A stretch of 10,201 nt of DNA from a bacterium (GTDB taxonomy: Bacteria > Hinthialibacterota > Hinthialibacteria > Hinthialibacterales > Hinthialibacteraceae): the NCBI GenBank assembly GCA_041946805.1, contig JBHGBC010000199.1, forward strand, positions 1 to 10,201. The letters run 5' to 3'. The notes under the pieces are model-generated. The model saw only the letters and a program-made list of their open reading frames with translations, did not search any database and was not told where the DNA came from. Each line of letters opens with the position of its first letter. Positions within the stretch are counted from its first letter, which is position 1. Below, piece by piece: positions 1 through 6,886 of this stretch. Both the position numbers and the translations under genes were made by a program.

Positions 1-482
1 CCCTGCTGCACGCCGTGAATCATTCCTTCACCAAGGGGATGTTGTTTCTCGTGGCGGGGAACATACTGGCGGCGTACCGCACCAAGTCGGTGATCCAGGT
101 CCAAGGCGTGACGCGCGTGTTGCCGGTTTCGGGCGTGTTGTGGATCATGGGCTTTTTGGCCATCACTGGAACCCCACCGTTCGGCCCGTTTCTCAGCGAG
201 TTCACGATCCTCAAGGCCGCCTTGGACCAGGGCCGCGTGGCCGTGGCGGCGTCTTACTTGATTTTTCTGTCGGTGATTTTCATGGGCATGGCGGCCACCT
301 TCCTGCGGACCGCCCGCGGCTTGCCCCGGCCGGACCGTGTCCTTCCACGCCGCGCGGAATCCTGGCTGACGGTGCTTCCCCCCATGGCCCTGGGCGCGCT
401 GGTGTTTCTGCTGGGCGTGTATATCCCGCCCTCGCTGAACCGTGTTTTGCATGACGCGGCCCGGATTTTGGGAGGATCGTGA
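1..482 (+). CDS. hyfF: Hydrogenase-4 component F-like / Ehr antiporter-like proton-translocating membrane subunit (5'-partial)
   Basis: Frame is open from the window edge (codons from position 3: LLHAVNHSFTKGMLFLVAG, the HxxxHxxxKxxLF motif of NuoL/M/N-Mrp antiporter subunits). Also GTPPFGPFLSEF motif and several hydrophobic segments. Stop abuts the large-subunit gene. Confidence 0.85.
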   Translation, partial: LLHAVNHSFTKGMLFLVAGNILAAYRTKSVIQVQGVTRVLPVSGVLWIMGFLAITGTPPFGPFLSEFTILKAALDQGRVAVAASYLIFLSVIFMGMAATFLRTARGLPRPDRVLPRRAESWLTVLPPMALGALVFLLGVYIPPSLNRVLHDAARILGGS

Positions 483-484
483 CC

Positions 485-2002
485 ATGCCGCAATCCTTGA
501 TTCGCACCTATCCTAATCAACCATTGCCCCTGGATTCCCTCCCCCGGATCGCGATGCCGGATTTCCGCCAGGCGGTCATCGAAAAGATCCAAGCCGGGGC
601 CGGCCTTGTGGCGTTACATGGCGTCCCGATCGAAGCGGATCAAATTCTCATGCTGGCGGTGCTGGCGGACGGCGGCGAGGGTTGCCTGTATCTCACCGCC
701 ACCGAAGGCGGGAACGCGTATCCGTCCCTCACGCCTGAATGTCCCCAAGCCCACTGGTTCGAACGCGAACTGGCCGAGCAATGGGGCATCCGGCCGGAAG
801 GCCATCCCTGGCTGAAGCCCATCCGATTTCATCCTGTTTACCCACCGCGCCGCGATGCTTGGAACCGGGATGCAAAAAATATCCAGCCCGGTGTGACCGA
901 TTATTTCCGCATGGCAGGCGAAGAAGTCCATGAGGTGGCGGTCGGGCCGGTGCACGCGGGGATCATCGAACCGGGCCATTTCCGTTTTCAATGCCACGGC
1001 GAGACGGTGTACCATCTCGAAATATCGTTGGGGTATCAGCACCGGGGTGTGGAACGGGCATTGACCGGCGGGCCGGACAAGCGGACCTTGCATTACATGG
1101 AAACCCTCTCCGGCGACGCCACCATCGGGCACGCCACCGCCTACGCCCAACTCCTGGAGATGCTGTCGCGGGCCAAGGTTCCGCCCCGCGCGCAGGCGTT
1201 GCGGGGCATCGCCCTCGAACTGGAGCGTCTTGCCAACCACACGGGCGACCTGGGCGCGCTGGCCGGGGACGTCGGCTTCCTGCCCACGGCCTCGTACTGC
1301 GGGCGCATCCGCGGCGAGTTCCTCAACATGACCGCCCTGCTGTGCGGCAACCGCCTGGGACGCGGCTTCATCCGCCCGGGCGGAACCGGCTTCGGCCTGG
1401 AGGACTCCCAGATCGAACGTCTGCTCTCCTGGCTGGACCGAGTGATGCAAGACCTGGCGGGGGCCGTGAATCTGCTGTGGGAAACGCCCTCGGTGATGGC
1501 CCGCTTCGAGGACACGGGCCGCATCACTCGGGACGATTGCCTCGCCCTGGGCCTGGTGGGGCCCGCCGCGCGGGCCTGCGGCCTGGAGCGGGACACGCGG
1601 TTCGATTTTCCCTCGGGGATCTACCGCTTCGCTCAGATCCCCGTCTCCACCTGGCATACCGGCGACGTGTTCGCGCGGGCGCAGGTGCGCTGGATGGAAT
1701 GCCGGCGCGCGGCCGATTTCATTCGCGGACAGTTGGAGAATCTGCCGCCGGGAGAGATCCGCCATCCCCTCGGGACACTGCCACCCCATACCGTCGCGGT
1801 ATCGATGACCGAAGGTTGGCGGGGGCAGATCGCCCACGTGGCGCTCACCAACGGCGAAGGCCGCTTCGCCCATTACAAAATCATCGATCCCTCGTTCCAC
1901 AACTGGATGGGGCTGGCCCTGGCGTTGCGCAATCAGCCGGTTTCCGACTTCCCGCTGTGCAACAAGAGTTTCAACCTCTCGTATTGCGGTCACGATTTGT
2001 AG
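485..2002 (+). CDS. ehrL: Ehr complex large subunit (HycE/HyfG-like; fused NuoC + NuoD/49 kDa domains) lacking NiFe-binding CxxC motifs
   Basis: NuoC-like WFERELAEQWGIRPEGHP; NuoD/HycE-like VGPVHAGIIEPGHFRF, GYQHRGVE, ELERLANH, EGWRG, DPSFHNW; C-terminus DFPLCNKSFNLSYCGHDL. GGAGG at 471-475 is 9 nt before ATG 485 (alternative start GTG 479 overlapping the upstream stop). Confidence 0.88.
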   Translation: MPQSLIRTYPNQPLPLDSLPRIAMPDFRQAVIEKIQAGAGLVALHGVPIEADQILMLAVLADGGEGCLYLTATEGGNAYPSLTPECPQAHWFERELAEQWGIRPEGHPWLKPIRFHPVYPPRRDAWNRDAKNIQPGVTDYFRMAGEEVHEVAVGPVHAGIIEPGHFRFQCHGETVYHLEISLGYQHRGVERALTGGPDKRTLHYMETLSGDATIGHATAYAQLLEMLSRAKVPPRAQALRGIALELERLANHTGDLGALAGDVGFLPTASYCGRIRGEFLNMTALLCGNRLGRGFIRPGGTGFGLEDSQIERLLSWLDRVMQDLAGAVNLLWETPSVMARFEDTGRITRDDCLALGLVGPAARACGLERDTRFDFPSGIYRFAQIPVSTWHTGDVFARAQVRWMECRRAADFIRGQLENLPPGEIRHPLGTLPPHTVAVSMTEGWRGQIAHVALTNGEGRFAHYKIIDPSFHNWMGLALALRNQPVSDFPLCNKSFNLSYCGHDL

Positions 2003-2011
2003 AGACGAACC

Positions 2012-2785
2012 ATGTTCCGAGTGTTGTATACCCGTTGGCGGCAGAAATACCGCACGATCGCGTTCCCCCAGGAAATCCCTTCCCTGCCCGAACGGCTGCG
2101 GGGATTGCCCGTGGTGGATACATCCAAATGTCCGGACGGCTGCCGGGCGTGCGCGGAGGCCTGTCCCACGGACGCCATTCGCGCCGAGGACGCGAAAGTC
2201 CGAATTGACCTGGGGCGCTGCCTCTTCTGCCCGGATTGTGTCGAGGCGTGTCCCGAGGGTGCGATCCGCTTCACGGCGGATTACCGGCTGAGTGCGCGCG
2301 CGCGGGACGATTTAATCGTATCCGAAAATGGGTTGAAACTGGCGAAGGCGCTGGAGGAAAAAATCCGCCGCCTATTCGGCCGTTCGTTGAAGTTGCGCCA
2401 GGTCAGCGCGGGCGGCTGCAACGGCTGCGAGGTGGATGTCAACGTGCTCAGCACCATTGTTTTCGACCTGAGCCGCTTCGGTATTCAATTCGTGGCCTCC
2501 CCCCGCCATGCCGACGGCCTCTTGATCACCGGCCCGGTGACGGAAAACATGCGCCTGGCGCTGCGGAAAACCTACGACGCCGTGCCCGCGCCCAAGATCG
2601 TCATCGCCGTGGGCGCTTGCGCCATCTCCGGCGGCCCCTACATGGGGCATCCGGAAGTCCACAACGGCGCGGACCGCGTGGTCCCGGTGGATTTGTATAT
2701 CCCCGGCTGCCCGCCCCATCCTCTCACCACCCTCGACGGCCTGCTGCGCCTGGTGGGCCGGATCGAGGATCCAGTTCGCGCGTGA
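2012..2785 (+). CDS. ehrS: Ehr/hydrogenase-4 small subunit (NuoB/HycG-like) with N-terminal 2x[4Fe-4S] ferredoxin (NuoI/HycF-like) domain
   Basis: N-terminal CPDGCRACAEACP and CLFCPDCVEACP; C-terminal NuoB-family motifs SAGGCNGCE, ASPRHAD, GACAISGG, IPGCPP. Starts 9 nt after the large-subunit stop. Confidence 0.88.
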   Translation: MFRVLYTRWRQKYRTIAFPQEIPSLPERLRGLPVVDTSKCPDGCRACAEACPTDAIRAEDAKVRIDLGRCLFCPDCVEACPEGAIRFTADYRLSARARDDLIVSENGLKLAKALEEKIRRLFGRSLKLRQVSAGGCNGCEVDVNVLSTIVFDLSRFGIQFVASPRHADGLLITGPVTENMRLALRKTYDAVPAPKIVIAVGACAISGGPYMGHPEVHNGADRVVPVDLYIPGCPPHPLTTLDGLLRLVGRIEDPVRA

Positions 2786-2883
2786 AACATCCCCTCCACG
2801 CCAATTCCCAAATTGTAAAAAATTGGATTTTCTTCTGTTCCTTTGATAATCTCCCGTTAGATATTTGAAAAAAATAATTTTCC

Positions 2884-2930
2884 AGCGCCAACGGCGCGGC
2901 CTGAGTATAGCCCAGGGCGTAAGCCCTGGG
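2884..2930. repeat. REP-like double-hairpin element between convergent genes
   Basis: GCGCC-AAC-GGCGC (2885-2897) followed by perfect 8-bp CCCAGGGC-GTAA-GCCCTGGG (2911-2930). Resembles, from memory, a widespread intergenic palindromic repeat type. Confidence 0.6.
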
Positions 2931-2953
2931 ATGCGGAAGCATATTCATGCCCC

Positions 2954-3937
2954 CTACAAATTCTCCTCCAAAAACTTCAGCAGCGCGGGCAGGTCGATCT
3001 CATGCCCGCCCTCGTGAATGTCCAGAGTCACGCGCTCCGGATGCCCGAAATCGGCGTAGATCGGCTGGATTTCCTTCAAGGCCACGCGCGCCAGGGGGAC
3101 GTAAAAATCCTTGGGGCCTTCCTTCAATCCGTTCTGGCATTGCAGAAACCGGGGCGCGATCAGCGAGTAGATATCCGCGTAATCCACCAGCGCCCGCAGC
3201 CCGGCCACTTTCCAGCATAGGCAATGGTTGTGTTCCATTTGGTCCATGGTGGTCAAGAAGCCCGCGCTGACCGCGGCCGCCACGCGCGTGTCCATCGCCC
3301 CCAGCCACATGGCCATCTCGCCCCCCAACGATAACCCCGCGCAGCCGATTCGATTCGCGTCCACCTCCCGCAGGCTGGCGAGGTAATCCACGCAGCGGAT
3401 CAGGTCCCACAGCCTCTCGCCCATCAGGGTGCGGCCCGCTTCGCGCACGTCATGCTGGCCCACGTCGGCGGCGATGGTGACCGTCCCGCGCCGCGCCAGT
3501 TCGGCGGCGAAGCCCTTGTAGATCGAACCGCTGTCATAGACGCTGTGGCGCGTACCGCCATGCCCGTGGATGCACACGACGGCGGGGAACGGGGGCGTTC
3601 CTTCCCGGGGCACGGTCACCACGACGGGAATCCGGCGGCGCGGGGTGGATTGGATCTCGATCTCCCGCCGCGTGAAATCCTCCGCCGGCTCTTCCGCGAG
3701 TTTGACGGGATTCAAGGGAATTGCGGATTTTTGTTCCCACAAATCGCTCAGCAATAAAATCGCGTACAGCCGCTCCCGGACTTCGTTTTGCCATCGCACG
3801 GCCTCTTCCGGAGACCGCGGCGAGTAGGCCATGGTACGAAGCATTTCGGACCGGCCGGGAGTTGATTCAGCGGCGAATGGTTGAGGAAGGATTATCAGCA
3901 TCAAGCAAGGAATCAACCAGAAATGGATGCGTTTCAT
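2954..3937 (-). CDS. Secreted alpha/beta-hydrolase (dienelactone hydrolase / acetylxylan-esterase-like)
   Basis: PAVVCIHGHG, VDYLASLREVDANRIGCAGLSLGG (GxSxG nucleophile elbow), NHCLC, LIAPR, and C-terminal GGHE catalytic His. Sec-like N-terminus MKRIHFWLIPCLMLIILPQPFAA. Purine-rich AAAGGAAGG upstream of the ATG. Confidence 0.85.
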   Translation of the reverse strand: MKRIHFWLIPCLMLIILPQPFAAESTPGRSEMLRTMAYSPRSPEEAVRWQNEVRERLYAILLLSDLWEQKSAIPLNPVKLAEEPAEDFTRREIEIQSTPRRRIPVVVTVPREGTPPFPAVVCIHGHGGTRHSVYDSGSIYKGFAAELARRGTVTIAADVGQHDVREAGRTLMGERLWDLIRCVDYLASLREVDANRIGCAGLSLGGEMAMWLGAMDTRVAAAVSAGFLTTMDQMEHNHCLCWKVAGLRALVDYADIYSLIAPRFLQCQNGLKEGPKDFYVPLARVALKEIQPIYADFGHPERVTLDIHEGGHEIDLPALLKFLEENL

Positions 3938-4005
3938 GGGATTTCGCCTTCCTTTCTATCCGTCCAGAATAAGATGGATAAACACGTAAATGGTTGTCGA
4001 TCGGC

Positions 4006-4039
4006 ACGATTTCCCTTTCCTGGCGGGAGAGGGAATCGT
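4006..4039. repeat. Intergenic hairpin of CCCT(C/T)TCC...GGGAGAGGG type
   Basis: ACGATTTCCCTTTCC-TGGCG-GGAGAGGGAATCGT gives a stem of about 14 bp with one bulge and a G-U pair. A related degenerate copy lies at about 4152-4181. Confidence 0.5.
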
Positions 4040-4200
4040 TTCGCGTCCCTACCTCTACTCATACCAGGAATAAAGCACTGAGAAAATTCTGCATTCGGGT
4101 AAATAATAACAAGGAAATAACTCAGGCCCCCAGGTCCGCCCCTGCCTGAATTCCCTCACCCTCGCCCAGCGGGAGAAGGGATTGGGTGGATCTCTCCATC

Positions 4201-4231
4201 TTGCCCGATTGGATATGGAACATTTTATAAT
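4201..4231 (+). promoter_or_regulatory. Putative sigma70-type promoter
   Basis: TTGCCC (4201-4206) and a perfect TATAAT (4226-4231) in an AT-rich patch. The spacer is 19 nt, longer than optimal. Confidence 0.35.
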
Positions 4232-4541
4232 GAAAAGAGGTACGCAGTTACGGGAGGAACCGTAATGGAACACCCGAATGCATGGGAAGTGGATATGGCG
4301 TCCATTCAGGTCTGTTCCTTATCCGCATCCTCACCTTCACGGGGGGGGAGGAGCGGGGGGGATTGATCTCCCTCCCCGCCTGCTGGTTAAGCAGTTGAAG
4401 ATGCGTGAACCTGCGTATACAAATCCCACGTCTACGAAAAAAATGGTCAAGCCGGCGGGAACCATTGAGTTCTCTCGCGGTCCAGCGTCCAATAAGGTAA
4501 GTTAGAAGGCGGGCCAAATCCCCGATGCATTGAACAACCAG

Positions 4542-4570
4542 GCGATAGCCCCAACCGCTATCGTTTTTCT
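4542..4570 (+). terminator. Putative intrinsic terminator / attenuator upstream of the oxidoreductase RBS
   Basis: CGATAGC-CCCAACC-GCTATCG (perfect 7-bp stem, 4543-4563) followed immediately by TTTTTCT. Confidence 0.5.
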
Positions 4571-4588
4571 ATCCGGGAGGAGAAAGCC

Positions 4589-5914
4589 ATGAAACACGAC
4601 CATTTCAACCGTCGTTCGTTTTTGAAAACCGCGTCCCTCGCGCCCGCGGCGTTTTATTTTGTCCCCGGCCGCGCGCTGGGCAAGGAGGCGTTGGCGGCGG
4701 CGAACGACCGCATCAACGTGGGTTGCATCGGCGTGGGCGACCGGGGCACGGTGGTCATGCGCGGATTCTTGAACGACCGCACCGCCCAGGTGGTGGCCGT
4801 TTGCGACGTCAAAAGCAACGTCCTCAAGGAAAAGCGCGAGCTGGTGAACACCTATTACGACCAATCCGGCTGCGCCGCGTACAAGGATTTCCGCGAGCTG
4901 GTGGCCCGGGAAGATATTGACGTCTGCCAGGTCTCCACCTGCGATCATTGGCACGTTCTGGCCAGCCTGTACGCCGTCCGCGCCGGCAAGGATGTCTATT
5001 GCGAGAAGCCCATGGGAGTGACGCTCGAGGAAGACCAAACATTGCGGAAGGAAATCCACGAGCGGAAACGGATCTTCCAATTCGGAACCCAGCAGCGCTC
5101 CGATCCCAAGTTCGAGATGGCCTGCCGCCTGGTGCGCGAGGGGAAAATCGGCGACGTGAAGGGCATCAACATCTGGTGCGCGGGCAGCAGCGCCGGGGGC
5201 GATCCCACCCCAGTCCCGGTCCCGGAATGGCTGGACTACAATTTGTGGCTGGGGCCCGCTCCCACCAAACCATATACCCGCGACCGGTGCTCCAACGCGC
5301 TCTGGTGGTTCATCTCCGACTACGCGCTGGGGTTCATCGCGGGCTGGGGGATCCACCCGGTGGATATCGCCTTGTGGGGCGCGCCGGACAAGTTCAAGGG
5401 CTCTTGGACCATCCAGGGCACGGGGGTTTTCCCCACTCAGGGCGTGGCCGACACCGCCCTGACCTGGGACATCCGCCTGCAAACCGGCGCGGGAGCAGCG
5501 GTGCGGTACACATCGCATCCCTGCCCGGATGAATGGTCAAAGCGTTACGAGGATCAAAACGACCACGGGACCGCGTTCGAAGGAACCGAGGGGTGGGTGT
5601 ACGTCCGGCGCGGCCAACTCAGCACGTATCCCAAGAGCATTCTCGAAAACGCGAAATTCCCCGAAGGCTCGGATACGTATGAAAATTCGACCAACGCGCA
5701 CGTTTCGAATTTTCTCGAATCCGTGCGGACCCGCAAACCGCCCCGCAGCGAAATCGATGTGTCCGTCCAGGGGGATATGTTCTGCCACGTGAGCGACATC
5801 GCCATCCGCTTGAAGCGGGAACTGCGCTTCGATACGGACAAGGAGCGGTTCACCGGGGACGACGAAGCCAACGCGCGGCTCACCCGGCCGATGCGCAAGC
5901 CGTGGCATTTGTGA
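4589..5914 (+). CDS. Gfo/Idh/MocA family oxidoreductase with twin-arginine (Tat) signal peptide
   Basis: NRRSFLK Tat motif; Rossmann INVGCIGVGDRG; DHWH, GKDVYCEKP, FQFGTQQRS, DYNLWLGPAP, GWGIHPVD; C-terminal R.PW.L. RBS GGGAGG at 4575-4580. Confidence 0.92.
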   Translation: MKHDHFNRRSFLKTASLAPAAFYFVPGRALGKEALAAANDRINVGCIGVGDRGTVVMRGFLNDRTAQVVAVCDVKSNVLKEKRELVNTYYDQSGCAAYKDFRELVAREDIDVCQVSTCDHWHVLASLYAVRAGKDVYCEKPMGVTLEEDQTLRKEIHERKRIFQFGTQQRSDPKFEMACRLVREGKIGDVKGINIWCAGSSAGGDPTPVPVPEWLDYNLWLGPAPTKPYTRDRCSNALWWFISDYALGFIAGWGIHPVDIALWGAPDKFKGSWTIQGTGVFPTQGVADTALTWDIRLQTGAGAAVRYTSHPCPDEWSKRYEDQNDHGTAFEGTEGWVYVRRGQLSTYPKSILENAKFPEGSDTYENSTNAHVSNFLESVRTRKPPRSEIDVSVQGDMFCHVSDIAIRLKRELRFDTDKERFTGDDEANARLTRPMRKPWHL

Positions 5915-5932
5915 TTTCTTACGCCAGATGAC

Positions 5933-5967
5933 CAAGCCGGGGCGCATGGTGACACGCCTCGGCCTTG
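5933..5967. terminator. GC-rich hairpin between convergent genes (possible bidirectional terminator/stabiliser)
   Basis: CAAGCCGGGGCG / CGCCTCGGCCTTG imperfect stem in the 67-nt gap between two stop codons. No strong U-tract. Confidence 0.35.
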
Positions 5968-5981
5968 CCATTCTCCTCACC

Positions 5982-6806
5982 TCATTGTTCCGCGGCCGCC
6001 GCGTTGGAAGTTTGTTGGTACACCCGTACGTAATCGATGACGTATTTCACCGGGAATATCGAATCGTCGATGCCCTGCTGGCCGCCCCAGGCGCCGCCGA
6101 TGGCGGTGTTGAGGATCAGATAGAAATTCTGGTTGAACGGCCAGCTGGTTTCGCCTTCGCCCTCGTTGGCATAGGTGAAATACGGGTTTTCATCGACAAA
6201 AAAGTCGATCCGGTCCGGGAACCATTCGATGGCATAGACGTGAAAGTCCTGGTAGGGTTTGGGGATCCGGATGGACGCGCCCTTGTTGTTGCCCTTGACG
6301 TGGTTGTATTTGTCCGTATGCACATTGGCGTGGATCACATCGGGATTGAAGCCGACGTTCTCCATGATGTCGATCTCGCCGCATTTGGGCCACCCCATTT
6401 GGCGGATGTTGGTTCCCAGCATCCAGATGGCGGGCCAGGTCCCCTTGCCGGTGGGGAGTTTGGCCTTCACTTCGACGCGGCCGTATTTCCAGGTGGCCTT
6501 GGTGGCGGTATGCAGACTGGCCGAGGTGTATTCCGCGTTCTTGTACGTTTCCTTCCGGGACTCGATAATCAGCACGCCGTTCTCCACCCGGGCGTTTTCC
6601 CGCCGCGCGCGGGTGTAGTATTGCTTCTCCCGGTTGCGGATGAATCCCTCCTCGTAGTCCCATTTGTCCGGATTCGGCAAGCCTTCGTAGTCGAACTCAT
6701 CCGCCCAGACCAATTTCCATTCGGCGGCCCCGGCTGGATTCTCCGCCATCACCGCCCCCGCCCCCGTGAAGACCAAAACCGTGATGATTGAAACGCGTGT
6801 CAGCAT
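5982..6806 (-). CDS. Glycoside hydrolase family 16 protein (laminarinase/beta-1,3-glucanase-like), secreted
   Basis: WKLVWADEF, YTSASL, YGRVEVKAKLP, WPAIWMLG, WPKCGEIDIME (catalytic ExDxxE), FHVYAIEW, GGAWGG, IDYVRVYQ; hydrophobic signal peptide. Start is ATG 6806 (after GGGAGGG) or ATG 6818. Confidence 0.93.
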   Translation of the reverse strand: MLTRVSIITVLVFTGAGAVMAENPAGAAEWKLVWADEFDYEGLPNPDKWDYEEGFIRNREKQYYTRARRENARVENGVLIIESRKETYKNAEYTSASLHTATKATWKYGRVEVKAKLPTGKGTWPAIWMLGTNIRQMGWPKCGEIDIMENVGFNPDVIHANVHTDKYNHVKGNNKGASIRIPKPYQDFHVYAIEWFPDRIDFFVDENPYFTYANEGEGETSWPFNQNFYLILNTAIGGAWGGQQGIDDSIFPVKYVIDYVRVYQQTSNAAAAEQ

Positions 6807-6886
6807 GATCCCTCCCATTGTGAAAAGGTAGGGATATAAGATAAAACAAGATGACGGGGAAATATACCGGGGGGAGATGTAGTGAA

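Noticed and set aside
614..2208. Long alternative ORFs 614..1993 (-) and 991..2208 (+)
   Set aside because: They overlap the well-supported large-subunit gene, have no recognisable motifs (the + one is Arg/Gly/Pro-rich), and are typical shadow ORFs of high-GC coding DNA.
485..2785. Calling the operon a functional [NiFe] hydrogenase-4/formate hydrogenlyase or complex I
   Set aside because: NiFe Cys ligands are absent, NuoD-type quinone-site motifs are not evident, and the small subunit has CxxC rather than tandem CC.
2724..2948. 74-aa minus-strand ORF (…PRAYALGYTQAAPLAL…)
   Set aside because: It is just a translation of the palindromic repeat and AT-rich spacer, and it overlaps ehrS antisense.
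4437..4480. A7 run followed by a possible pseudoknot (frameshift signal)
   Set aside because: No credible pair of overlapping coding frames, and the stem begins within the A-run rather than at a typical spacer distance.
4248..4517. ORFs 4278..4505 (+) and 4248..4517 (-) as genes or RiPP precursors
   Set aside because: No well-spaced RBS, no family motif, atypical codon usage and no modifying enzymes nearby.
4502..5518. 338-aa minus-strand ORF
   Set aside because: Antisense shadow of the Tat oxidoreductase; no motifs.
5928..6791. 287-aa plus-strand ORF almost exactly antisense to GH16
   Set aside because: Explained by codon bias of the real gene leaving the antisense frame stop-free; no recognisable domain.
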